Source: an uncultured Clostridia bacterium
GTDB taxonomy: Bacteria; Bacillota; Clostridia; TANB77; CAG-508
Direction: 5' to 3'
Length of the DNA stretch: 64,000 bases
Assembly (NCBI GenBank): GCA_944386175.1
Contig: CALXAB010000001.1
Span: 47,645 to 111,644 of the forward strand
This document shows, one piece after another, positions 50,617 to 60,296 of this stretch. Position 1 is the first letter of the stretch. Every line of letters begins with the position of its first letter. Position numbers and translations under genes: made by a program. A model generated the notes under the pieces. That model ran no database searches. It worked only from the letters and a program-made list of their open reading frames with translations, and was not told where the DNA came from.

Positions 50617-50802
50617 TTAAATACCTATATGAGTTAAATCATATTCTTTTAAAATATTTTGTTTTAGTTCTAAATATCTTTCCTCTTTAATTAGTCCTGC
50701 ATTATATGTTTTATTTAGAATTGCTATTTTAATGCTACAATTAAAAATATTTTCATTTAGTTTTACATTTTTCGTATTATCAAATTTTACTTCGTACAAC
50801 AT
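50617..50802 (-). CDS. Small conserved protein of 61 aa upstream of a serine recombinase
   Basis: About 95% identical to 36169-36354. Start at MLYEVKFDN. The upstream extension in the ORF track is not supported. Confidence 0.5.
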   Translation of the reverse strand: MLYEVKFDNTKNVKLNENIFNCSIKIAILNKTYNAGLIKEERYLELKQNILKEYDLTHIGI

Positions 50803-50939
50803 AAAAATTCTCCCTTGCTTAAATAAAATTTCAAAAAAGAGCAATAGAAAAAGCCAGTCGGCTAGCTTCGACTGACTTCTTTGTCTGACATTTTTTGATA
50901 ATACGATTATATTATGATGTTCTATAAAGTTCAATTCCC

Positions 50940-51350
50940 GTTTTTTTCCCTTTTTTCTATTTTAATTGATAAAGTGTTGATTTTTTAGTTAGTACACTAA
51001 GTGAACTTGTGTAAAAATTTTTTTAATTATTTTTTACTTTATTATTTTTGAGTTCACTCGGTGTACTTAGTTTTTTATTATATCAATTTTTAGTACACTT
51101 AGTGAACTAATTATAAATTATTTCATAAAATTTAGTACACTTGGTGAACTTTTTCTTAAAAATTACTTATCTTTCGTTCATTTAGTGAACTTTCACACTC
51201 TAAAAGAGATTTTTTAGTCATTCATTCGGTGAATTTTTGCATCAAATTTGCTTAAAATTTTTGTTCTTTTATTAACTCTTGAAAGCTTGACCTTCAATGT
51301 GTATATGCGTTGCGTGATGCACGCTATCCTGCCTTTAGTGTTCACTTTAT
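50940..51350. repeat. parS-like palindrome array (the full copy, contiguous with the intact recombinase module)
   Basis: About 95% identical to 36380-36890 over roughly 0.9 kb when the small ORF and the recombinase 5' end are included. Confidence 0.8.
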
Positions 51351-51355
51351 ATCCT

Positions 51356-53209
51356 TTAATTAGTATTAGATTCTGATGTAGTTTTATTTACAACACCCAA
51401 GTTCTTAATACTATCTTGTAAACTTTCATCTGGAATAAAGTTTCTACAATTTTCTAATTTATAAAATTCCCCTAATTTATCTATATCTTTATATAAGAAA
51501 TAAAAATAGTTTTTTAATGCATTTTCTGTTGTTTCTAATCTAGGTCTTAATGAGTATGCTCTTTTCTTCTTATAGAAATAGTTTTCATTAAATAATTTAT
51601 ATAAATTATTTAGTTCATCACTATCTAATGTTATTTTGTGAAATCTCGTTTCTTTGAAAATATAATTTATTTTATCAATGTCTATATTTAAATCATCAAC
51701 ATATTCTCTAATGTTATTCTTGCTTATTATAGTTATTATAGATAATGTAATACTCATAATTATATAATCCATAAATTCTTTTGATAAATTCATTGTCCTA
51801 AATATTTTTATTGATCTAATATCATTGTTTTCAATCATTTTTAAAAACATTATAATGATTGGTTCACCCTTTATAAGATATGGTATAAATATTTCTTCTT
51901 CATGTATATTTTTTCTTTGCAGAAAATCATTAATACTTCTATCTGGAAATTTTTCCCTATGTTCCATTAATCTAATATTATCGTATAATTCTTCTAGTAC
52001 TCTGTACTTTTCATTTTTAGTTAAATTCTTATTTTCAATAACACATGTATATACAGATTCTAAATATCTATTACTAGTAAACATATATATAGAATCATAT
52101 TTATATAATCTACAATAGCTAAAATCTATAACATTTTCATATAGAAAAATTAAATACATATCTAATTTAATAATTCTCCATACAAGATTTATATATTCTT
52201 TTTCTTGACTTTCAGTTTGAATATATTTTATTTTATCTATTAAATTTGCAATATTTTGCATTTTATAATCATCATGAACAGGCACAAATTCATAATAAGC
52301 AAACATTGTATAAAGTTTACAATATATATTTGCAGCCTCTATATGTTTATTATATAAAATCAAATGCGAAACTATTTCATGTATAGCACTAATCAAATCA
52401 CTTCTAAAAATCATTTCTGTATAATATTCTTGAAGAATTTTTTTGTTATTAAATAAAGTTAAATCTATAAGATTCATTATGTTGTGAATATTATAATTAT
52501 AATCATTATCATTTTTTTGTATTAATACTAATGTTTGATTCTTTAAGTCTGTGATATCTTTGCACCCATGGCTATTTAGAGGAATCGCCTTTTTTATATG
52601 CTTCTTTTGTTTCTCTAAATACATACATAGTAAACTGTTTCCAAACCAATTTTTATGAGTGTAAAACCAAATCATTTTAATACACATATAAAATATAACT
52701 ACAAGAGAAAGCAAAAAATTTATTAATATTAGTATTTGACTACTGCCTTTTAGGCATTGTATAATATTTACAAATAATAGGAGAACTAAAATTATAAAAA
52801 TTTTTAGCAATGATAAAAAACTATTGTTAGGGAAAATAACATTAATATGTTTTTTTCCCAATATATAACTTTCAGACAACCCAGATAATAAAGATATTAC
52901 TGAAATTATTATCAATGTATTACTAATTTGAGCTACTAATATATCATTTGAATCAATGTTAAATTCTTTATTCAAGTCTAATATATTTTCAATTTTGTAA
53001 TCATTAATAGCATAAAAAATTACAAACATACTAAATATAACTATACTAAACATAAAAATAATCATTAAAAAATTCATAATTTTTTGTTTAACTACAAAAT
53101 ATTTTTTATTATCATATATTTTATACCATTTTAAAAATTCTTTTATTTTATAATTTTTATTTAAAATAAATCTTCTTATTTTTTTTAATTTACCATTAGA
53201 ATCTTCCAT
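51356..53209 (-). CDS. Hypothetical polytopic membrane protein of 617 aa with a large cytoplasmic C-terminal domain
   Basis: About five predicted TM helices in the first 200 aa. No recognisable domain. Adjacent to an AbiE pair. Confidence 0.4.
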   Translation of the reverse strand: MEDSNGKLKKIRRFILNKNYKIKEFLKWYKIYDNKKYFVVKQKIMNFLMIIFMFSIVIFSMFVIFYAINDYKIENILDLNKEFNIDSNDILVAQISNTLIIISVISLLSGLSESYILGKKHINVIFPNNSFLSLLKIFIILVLLLFVNIIQCLKGSSQILILINFLLSLVVIFYMCIKMIWFYTHKNWFGNSLLCMYLEKQKKHIKKAIPLNSHGCKDITDLKNQTLVLIQKNDNDYNYNIHNIMNLIDLTLFNNKKILQEYYTEMIFRSDLISAIHEIVSHLILYNKHIEAANIYCKLYTMFAYYEFVPVHDDYKMQNIANLIDKIKYIQTESQEKEYINLVWRIIKLDMYLIFLYENVIDFSYCRLYKYDSIYMFTSNRYLESVYTCVIENKNLTKNEKYRVLEELYDNIRLMEHREKFPDRSINDFLQRKNIHEEEIFIPYLIKGEPIIIMFLKMIENNDIRSIKIFRTMNLSKEFMDYIIMSITLSIITIISKNNIREYVDDLNIDIDKINYIFKETRFHKITLDSDELNNLYKLFNENYFYKKKRAYSLRPRLETTENALKNYFYFLYKDIDKLGEFYKLENCRNFIPDESLQDSIKNLGVVNKTTSESNTN

Positions 53210-53265
53210 ATTTTGCTCCCATTTTCATATATTCATTTAATTATTCTATGTATGTAGTTATTAGA

Positions 53266-54111
53266 TTATTTTTTTAATTCATTCTTTATTTCTTCTAATA
53301 CTCCCATCGTATCTTCATAATTAATATCTTCTGCATAACTAAATTTAGATTGATAATTCTTCCAATGCTCTTTCAGAACATCACTTTCTTTTATAACTTC
53401 CATTATCTCATTTATATTATTTAATTTATCCATTGAACCTCTATATTCAAATTTCTTCAATATAGCTTGTCCTAATAATTCTTTATTAAAATTTTGTTGT
53501 TGAGTAGTCCATAATATATAAATATCATAAAAATCTCTCGCTCTTGTAGTATCTATATTTCTTGATATAATTGTTTCAAATTTATCAGCTATTACTGTTT
53601 CCATATTATATGCTAATATTTCTATTGAACGATTTTCAAACATTAAATCGAACTTATAATTTACTTCTTTTGGAACAATTACATCTCCTGTTGTTATATC
53701 TAATTTCATTGGTACAACTAACTTATCAAATTTAGCATCTAAAGCTACTCTGTATCCTCCATATTCATCTTCTTGTCTTATTTCTTTTATACTTCTAAAT
53801 TCAAATGCTACTCCATCATCTAAATCTATATTAAAAATTTCATTTAAGATATTTTCAAGATTATCCTTTTCTAAATCAAATCCTTTTATCGTTGCATCCA
53901 TATCAAGAGTATTTCTCATGTCTATTCCAACTATTGCTGTTATTAACATTCCTCCTTTTAATACAAATTTATATTTGTATTTTGATACCGAAATTCTTTC
54001 CAATAGTCTTTCTAGCATATAGTTTTGTAAAATAATGTTTTCATTCACATCTACTTTATCTGACATATTCTTTATCCATGCTTTTAATTGTGCTCTATTT
54101 TTTGCTATCAC
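53266..54111 (-). CDS. AbiEii/DUF1814 nucleotidyltransferase toxin (type IV TA), intact
   Basis: 281 aa. The GG...D.D region (KGGMLITAIVGIDMRNTLDMD). Overlaps the upstream AbiEi gene by 4 nt. Confidence 0.8.
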   Translation of the reverse strand: MIAKNRAQLKAWIKNMSDKVDVNENIILQNYMLERLLERISVSKYKYKFVLKGGMLITAIVGIDMRNTLDMDATIKGFDLEKDNLENILNEIFNIDLDDGVAFEFRSIKEIRQEDEYGGYRVALDAKFDKLVVPMKLDITTGDVIVPKEVNYKFDLMFENRSIEILAYNMETVIADKFETIISRNIDTTRARDFYDIYILWTTQQQNFNKELLGQAILKKFEYRGSMDKLNNINEIMEVIKESDVLKEHWKNYQSKFSYAEDINYEDTMGVLEEIKNELKK

Positions 54112-54701
54112 AATAACACCTCCAAGTATTTTCTTACTTCATCTTCAATATTAAATAATTTTGCATATTTGTGTAGTTTAATAGAGTTTCTATCTTTTCT
54201 TTCAGCATATCTTTTCATCGCATCTGTAAATAAGGCAATTTCTATTTTTTTCTTATTTCTGATAATGTCACATATTGTTCTCTCTAAATCATAAACTTTA
54301 ACTTTGTTTCCATATGGTGTATTCATTTCTATTATTCCTAATTCATATAATTCATCTTTTAAATAGAAAAATTGATAGTTTCTATCTTTTAGTAATTTAG
54401 TATTATAGTAACTAGGTATAGTCAATTGATATTTTATGGGAGTTCTATCACATAAATCATGAAAATACAAAGCTGTCTCATGAGAGAATATCCCTTTTTT
54501 ACAAATTGCTTGTGTGATAAAATAATTATCTTCAAATGTATCTGCTCCAATATATACTCCTCTTGCTACTCTATCTATCAATCCCTTTTCTATCATCCTT
54601 GTTAAAATCTTATTATTTATCCCAATATCTTCTACTTGATATGTTTCAATCACTCCATTATTATTTTTTAATAATTTTTCTACTTTTTCTATATCATCCA
54701 T
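54108..54701 (-). CDS. AbiEi family antitoxin
   Basis: 197 aa with an N-terminal wHTH (RVARGVYI). Overlaps AbiEii. Confidence 0.75.
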   Translation of the reverse strand: MDDIEKVEKLLKNNNGVIETYQVEDIGINNKILTRMIEKGLIDRVARGVYIGADTFEDNYFITQAICKKGIFSHETALYFHDLCDRTPIKYQLTIPSYYNTKLLKDRNYQFFYLKDELYELGIIEMNTPYGNKVKVYDLERTICDIIRNKKKIEIALFTDAMKRYAERKDRNSIKLHKYAKLFNIEDEVRKYLEVLL

Positions 54702-54810
54702 AAATTTTCTCCTTTGCCGTTTTCATTCGTAAATATTATATCATTTACGAATAAAAACGGCAACAATATTTAAAAAATTAATAGCACAAAATTAAAATTT
54801 GTGCTAAAAT

Positions 54811-55296
54811 CTAACTTTCAAAGTAAAATGCTAACCTTGAATTATTTCTAATATATTTCTCCTCAAAATTATTATTTGTAAAATTTTTTATAGTCTTTCT
54901 CCAAAATTTTTGAGCTCTTTCATTTTTTAATAATGTTCTAACTTCCCATTTTCCTTTATATAACTCAAACATTTTATTTGCCATATATGTACCTGCTCCC
55001 ATTTTTCTATACTTGTTAAGAATAAAAAATTCAGCTATTTCGTTCATATTTTCTTCATTAAATCTATGTAAAACAAAACCTGCTAATTCATTATCACATT
55101 TTAATATATATGGATGTCTATTTTCTTCTTGCCAGTATCTTTCAACATATTTATTCATTACATATAATCCAGAATCTAGCATTGTAAATGTTGCTGTCTC
55201 ATCTTCAAAAAAGCTAAGCTCATATGTATATAATTGCATTAAATTATATATTATATTTTTGTCTTTTTCATCAACTTTTATTAAATCAAATCTCAT
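54811..55296 (-). CDS. GNAT family N-acetyltransferase
   Basis: 161 aa. The NKYRKMGAGTYM motif A. Confidence 0.6.
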   Translation of the reverse strand: MRFDLIKVDEKDKNIIYNLMQLYTYELSFFEDETATFTMLDSGLYVMNKYVERYWQEENRHPYILKCDNELAGFVLHRFNEENMNEIAEFFILNKYRKMGAGTYMANKMFELYKGKWEVRTLLKNERAQKFWRKTIKNFTNNNFEEKYIRNNSRLAFYFES

Positions 55297-55325
55297 TTTC
55301 TTCTCCTTATTTAAATAATAAAAAA

Positions 55326-55949
55326 CTATTTTTCAATTTCATTATCATATATACTTTTATATTCTTCAAACTTAGCCTTTGCTCTTGGTAGTCCTGCATC
55401 CACTGCCATCTTTAAATAATATTCTGATAATCTTAAATTTTTCTCTGTTCCAACTCCATTATAATAAAAATTTGCTCCTAAATCATAAATTGCTGGAAGA
55501 TGTCCTTGTATTGCACAGTCATGTATTAATTCAAATGCTTTCTTTTCATCTCTTTCAATATTTCCAAATCCAAAATAGTAATAAGCTCCTAAACAAAATT
55601 TTGAAAATGCTTGTCTTCTCGGTGTTTCTTGTTCTTCATTTATAAGACTTAATAGTGATTCATAAGCCTCAATATGTATCTGTTTTGCTTTTTCTTTATC
55701 TTGTTCCACTCCATCTCCAAAATGATAGCAAGCACCAACTCCATATGCACAACGAGGATCTCCTAAGTCTTTTCCTTTTTCATACCAGTACATTGCTTTT
55801 TCAAAACTTTGCTCTGCTCCATTTTCTTGACTATCATAACTTCTTCCTAGAATATAGCACGCAAGTCTATCTCCATTTTTAGCTTTCATTTCTAAATCTT
55901 CTATGTTAAATATCATTGGCTTTATTATATTATTCACTTTTAGCTTCAC
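55326..55949 (-). CDS. Sel1-like / TPR repeat protein
   Basis: Repeated AxxGxxYxxGxGVxxDxxKA units. Confidence 0.6.
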   Translation of the reverse strand: MKLKVNNIIKPMIFNIEDLEMKAKNGDRLACYILGRSYDSQENGAEQSFEKAMYWYEKGKDLGDPRCAYGVGACYHFGDGVEQDKEKAKQIHIEAYESLLSLINEEQETPRRQAFSKFCLGAYYYFGFGNIERDEKKAFELIHDCAIQGHLPAIYDLGANFYYNGVGTEKNLRLSEYYLKMAVDAGLPRAKAKFEEYKSIYDNEIEK

Positions 55950-56481
55950 CTAATTTCTTTAATAAAATATATCTTTTTATATTTTCATCTTTTTTATACC
56001 AAGTTTGTTCCTCATATCCTAAGTCTTTTAAATTTCTTAAACTATAAATATTTCCAAAAGTTACTTCTGCAATAATGTTACTTATTCCTTTTTCTTTAGC
56101 CCTTCCTTCAAGATATTTTACTAATGTTTTCTGTAATCCATATCCTCTATACTCTGGTAATACAATAACTCCATCTATATCAGCACAATTACCTTTGATA
56201 TTTGTAATCATTTGCTTTAATTCTTTCATTCTGCTTGAAACTGATAAAAAAATCCATGCAATCATTTTATTATCTATAAAAGCACCATATATCTCTCCAT
56301 CATTTATAGGGTTGTTTAATATCCTTAAATATGTTTCTTTTTTAAAAGGTAAAAAATAACCTTTTTCCTCCTCTTTAAAATTATCTATTACAATATTTTG
56401 AATATTATATATGTCATCAACGTCATTCGAATTGCATTTTCTAATTTTTAGTTTTTCCTTAGAAAATTGATTAATTTCCAT
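55930..56481 (-). CDS. GNAT family N-acetyltransferase
   Basis: 183 aa. The RGYGLQKTLVKY motif A. Confidence 0.65.
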   Translation of the reverse strand: MEINQFSKEKLKIRKCNSNDVDDIYNIQNIVIDNFKEEEKGYFLPFKKETYLRILNNPINDGEIYGAFIDNKMIAWIFLSVSSRMKELKQMITNIKGNCADIDGVIVLPEYRGYGLQKTLVKYLEGRAKEKGISNIIAEVTFGNIYSLRNLKDLGYEEQTWYKKDENIKRYILLKKLGEAKSE

Positions 56482-56498
56482 ATTTTAATTCACCTTCG

Positions 56499-57494
56499 TT
56501 ATTTTGTTTTTTCAAAAATATCACTCCAAAAGTCATTGTTGCTAAATTCTAATCCTTTTTCACTTTCATAATACCAAAATTTATCTTCTTCCGATATTTC
56601 TCCTTTACTCATCAAATGACTTAACTGTAAAATTCCCATTGCATTTGCAATATCAAATAATATTGGAAATACTTCTTTTTCATAGCTTGTCAATTTATTA
56701 TATTTCTCATACTCATTTAATATCATCCTTATCTTGTTTTTGGTATCTTCAGTATCATTTGGGTTTAAACATAAGTTACAACTACTTACAGCTAAATCAA
56801 TAATTCTAGGAAGATAATTTGACACTGCAAAATCTATTATCCATAATTTTCCATTATTATCTTTCATAACATTTGTACTTATTATATCTCCATGTGTAAA
56901 AGCATGTGGTAATTTTTGCATATCAATATTTTTAAATTTTACTATCAATTCATTTAACCTTGTGTAATCATTTTCACTTAAATGTTGTTTTTTATCCTCA
57001 AACTCTTGTGCAAAATTTATAATTGCCCATTTGTCATAAATAAACTCTGAATCTAATTTTTGGTTATGTATAATCGCCATTTGTCTTATAATTTCTTTTA
57101 TTTCTTCTTCACTTGGAATAATTCCTAAATCAAAAAAGCTATTACCATTTATGTACTGAAATACACATAATCTATATTTGATATTTTCTATTTCAATTAC
57201 ACATTCACTTTCATTATTTACTTTATACAGTTTTGGTGTATTTATTTCTGTTTTTTCTGCTAATTCAATTCTCTCAATATAGTTTTTACAATCTGTATCT
57301 GTTCTTTCTTTATGAAATATTTTTACACAATATTTTCCTGTTGTTGTCTTTAATATATAATTGAAATCTTCATACCCAACTGTAATAATCGTATCTGATA
57401 CATATTCTCCTAAATTATACATATTACATATATGTTTTGAAACTGTACTTAAATCAGTGTTTAGATTAATCCTATCTTTAAATTCTTCTTCCAC
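56499..57494 (-). CDS. Phosphotransferase-family (APH/choline-kinase-like) kinase
   Basis: HGDIISTNVM...IIDF matches the APH catalytic loop HGD...N and the DFG-like motif. Confidence 0.65.
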   Translation of the reverse strand: MEEEFKDRINLNTDLSTVSKHICNMYNLGEYVSDTIITVGYEDFNYILKTTTGKYCVKIFHKERTDTDCKNYIERIELAEKTEINTPKLYKVNNESECVIEIENIKYRLCVFQYINGNSFFDLGIIPSEEEIKEIIRQMAIIHNQKLDSEFIYDKWAIINFAQEFEDKKQHLSENDYTRLNELIVKFKNIDMQKLPHAFTHGDIISTNVMKDNNGKLWIIDFAVSNYLPRIIDLAVSSCNLCLNPNDTEDTKNKIRMILNEYEKYNKLTSYEKEVFPILFDIANAMGILQLSHLMSKGEISEEDKFWYYESEKGLEFSNNDFWSDIFEKTK

Positions 57495-57500
57495 TAATAT

Positions 57501-57833
57501 TTATACCTCCATGTACCATTGTTTAAGAAATATACATTTATTGCTCTTATTTAATTTTATTTGATATATCATGTCATATAATATTGTATCTTTCAAAATA
57601 AAATTAACTATACAACATTCATCATTTTCACATAGTATATTGAACTCAATATCATTTGTGTTTTGCCCTTTTATTTCTTCCCATATTTCTCTAATTTTTT
57701 TCATGTTATTTATTTTTTCTATAGGCGACTCATAATACTCCACTTTTTCATCAAATAAGTTAATTATCTTGTCTATATCTTTCTGTTTCCAATTATTTAG
57801 TAATTCATCACACCATTTATAATAATCTCTCAT
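57501..57833 (-). CDS. Hypothetical protein of 110 aa
   Basis: ORF only. No recognisable domain. Confidence 0.35.
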   Translation of the reverse strand: MRDYYKWCDELLNNWKQKDIDKIINLFDEKVEYYESPIEKINNMKKIREIWEEIKGQNTNDIEFNILCENDECCIVNFILKDTILYDMIYQIKLNKSNKCIFLKQWYMEV

Positions 57834-57939
57834 ATTCTATTCTCCTAATCTTTACTGTATATAATATATCATAAATTCCTTAATTTTACAATGAAATCGC
57901 CAATATTTTAATATTACATATATCTTTACATTTGCTTAA

Positions 57940-58545
57940 CTACCCCAAAATCTCCAATAGAAATAATGTCAAGAGCGAGTGATAACAAGTTCATTTACTC
58001 TTGACATTATTTGTATTGGAGATTAAAATTGCTTTGCAAATGTATAGCACAAATTTTTCGCTTTTTTCGTGATATAAAATTCCATCGGACGAAAATTTCA
58101 ATTTTTTCGTCCGATAAATTTTTATAAGCCGAATTTCATTAAATTTTCGTCCTATAAAAAATAAGCATCAGCAGATATCTACCAACACTTAAATTTATAA
58201 AGATTCTCTATAACTTATTTCATAAATTCTTTCTAACTATTAAAATAACTAATAAATTCACATATCTACTAACCACCTCAACCTATATATGTTTTTCTTG
58301 CCATAGATACAATCTCAAATTTCCTAGTATTTCAAACACTTTCATCAATTTTCTAAAATTTAATTTATGTGTTTCCATTTACCATATCTGCAACTACTTT
58401 AACTTTCACATCTGAATTTTGATGTTTTTCTCTTCCAAATCTACCTTTTTTATTAAAAGTTATAATCTCTGAAAACATATCAAAATCAAGTATTACCTGC
58501 CTTTCTTTAGTTGTAGCACTGCTACACACTCCACATGTGTGGTCG
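57940..58545. promoter_or_regulatory. Second copy of the conserved transporter leader (palindromic operator at 57947-58026), with an extra ~110-bp insert carrying three TTTTCGTCC repeats
   Basis: About 90% identical to 40508-41002. Identity ends at CCACATGTGT-GGTC (58531-58544). Confidence 0.6.
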
Positions 58546-58597
58546 CTTATAAATTCAATTACAAAATTTTTTTTTGAATATTAAAAATTTTTTATGT

Positions 58598-60187
58598 TTA
58601 TGCTCTTAACTTAAATGTTTTTGGTGCATATTTATATGCCACAAACAATGAAATCAAAGAATAAAGTATGCAAAAAACAATTGTTGCTATTCCAAAAGAA
58701 AATGTAGGTAGTTGTATTTGTATCATATACCAACATACAAAATAAGTTATTCCTTGTACCACTGTATATGTACTACTTTTCATTTCTGTGCTAACATTAT
58801 AAGGTTGAAGTAAATAGTACATTACTAAATAGTGGACTGAAAAAAATACACTCATTGCTATTATAGATATTATCAAAATAGCATAATTTAATGAATTATT
58901 TGTTCCACCAGATAAGTATAGTAATAAAGCTAATCCTAATCCTATTAGTGTTGCTGGTAATAGATTTATTACTATTAAAGTTTTTAATCTTTCTTTAAAT
59001 ATTCCAAGTATAACTTTTGGTGTTCTATATATTCTATATGTAAGCATACTGTAGTCGCAATTCATGAACATTGCTTGGGTAACAGATGAACTCCTATTTA
59101 TACAATACATGATAAACACAAAATATGGCAAATATACCATTAATATTTTATTTATTCTATCCTTAAGTCCGTTATTTATCAAAATCCCAATAATTAGTGC
59201 AATAAAAATAAATAATATAACAATCGATTGTTTTTTTACTGCTTTTGTTAAAATCTTGCTATGTCTTTTTACAAATAAATCATGAAAATATGCAAATCCA
59301 GATTTATTACTTGTATAGTTTTCATTCAATTCTATTTGTTTTAGACTTACATTTTTTATAGCTTGTGTTCCAGTATTTTTCTCTTGCATATATACATTGT
59401 TTTCTGTCAATATTTGTTTATACATCTTTTTATAATCTTTAAAATTATGTATTTTTATTAAACTGTAAATTCCTATTATTATTGAAATAATAAATATAAC
59501 TAAGAAAATATTCTTGTTTAATACTATATTTATAGCTGGTAATCCATAAGCTAATAATAGACACACTCCTACAAATCCCCAGACAAATTTTGTTGGTAAG
59601 TTTTCATTTGATGCCTTGTTTGTCTTCTTAAAGTAATATATGCTGTAATTCATTACAATTAGCTTTATTGCTACCACAAAAAATGGTAATACTATTTGAA
59701 TCCACAAGGGTACTTCTGTTATCATTCCAAATAAAATTGTAAATGGTAAAAAGCCAATAATCAGTTTTAATAATTGATAATAGTAATTAGATAAGCCATA
59801 TTCTCTTGCATTTATATTCATTAAAACTATTGCATAATATTTGTCTTTTGTTGGATTTAACATATATGTGTTTAAAACTCCTCCACATAGTGTTAAAAAG
59901 GTAAATAAATGTATAAACATATCTGATTGATTTGTTTTATACCATGATAATGCCATAAATATCATGGCTACAATATATATGATTTTTCCAATAAATATAC
60001 TTAATATTTCATATAATATACTTATAATATTTGCAAATATTTTTAATCCTTTATTTTTATATAAACTATTTGGCAATATTTTTTTAATAATTGGGAGTTG
60101 TTTTATAGAATAAATAATACTATTTATTCTATATGTATTTTTTAATTTAAAGGATGTTATAAATGTTTCTATCATATTAAATTTCAT
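58598..60187 (-). CDS. ABC-2-type polytopic membrane permease of 529 aa (putative)
   Basis: About 12 TM helices. Immediately downstream of an ABC ATPase gene. Confidence 0.5.
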   Translation of the reverse strand: MKFNMIETFITSFKLKNTYRINSIIYSIKQLPIIKKILPNSLYKNKGLKIFANIISILYEILSIFIGKIIYIVAMIFMALSWYKTNQSDMFIHLFTFLTLCGGVLNTYMLNPTKDKYYAIVLMNINAREYGLSNYYYQLLKLIIGFLPFTILFGMITEVPLWIQIVLPFFVVAIKLIVMNYSIYYFKKTNKASNENLPTKFVWGFVGVCLLLAYGLPAINIVLNKNIFLVIFIISIIIGIYSLIKIHNFKDYKKMYKQILTENNVYMQEKNTGTQAIKNVSLKQIELNENYTSNKSGFAYFHDLFVKRHSKILTKAVKKQSIVILFIFIALIIGILINNGLKDRINKILMVYLPYFVFIMYCINRSSSVTQAMFMNCDYSMLTYRIYRTPKVILGIFKERLKTLIVINLLPATLIGLGLALLLYLSGGTNNSLNYAILIISIIAMSVFFSVHYLVMYYLLQPYNVSTEMKSSTYTVVQGITYFVCWYMIQIQLPTFSFGIATIVFCILYSLISLFVAYKYAPKTFKLRA

Positions 60188-60296
60188 TCCTTTCTCGCTT
60201 TACTATAAAGGCACAAATAGTTATGAAAGTAATTTTATTTCAAACTAATCTTATCCCTTTCTAGTAAAAATTTAATTAGAAATTAATCTTATAACT

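Noticed and set aside
20095-51350. The repeated GTTCAC...GTGAAC blocks as a possible CRISPR array
   Set aside because: The repeats are palindromic, irregularly spaced over 25-60 bp, and variable in sequence. They have no uniform spacers and no cas genes, so they are protein-binding palindromes rather than CRISPR.
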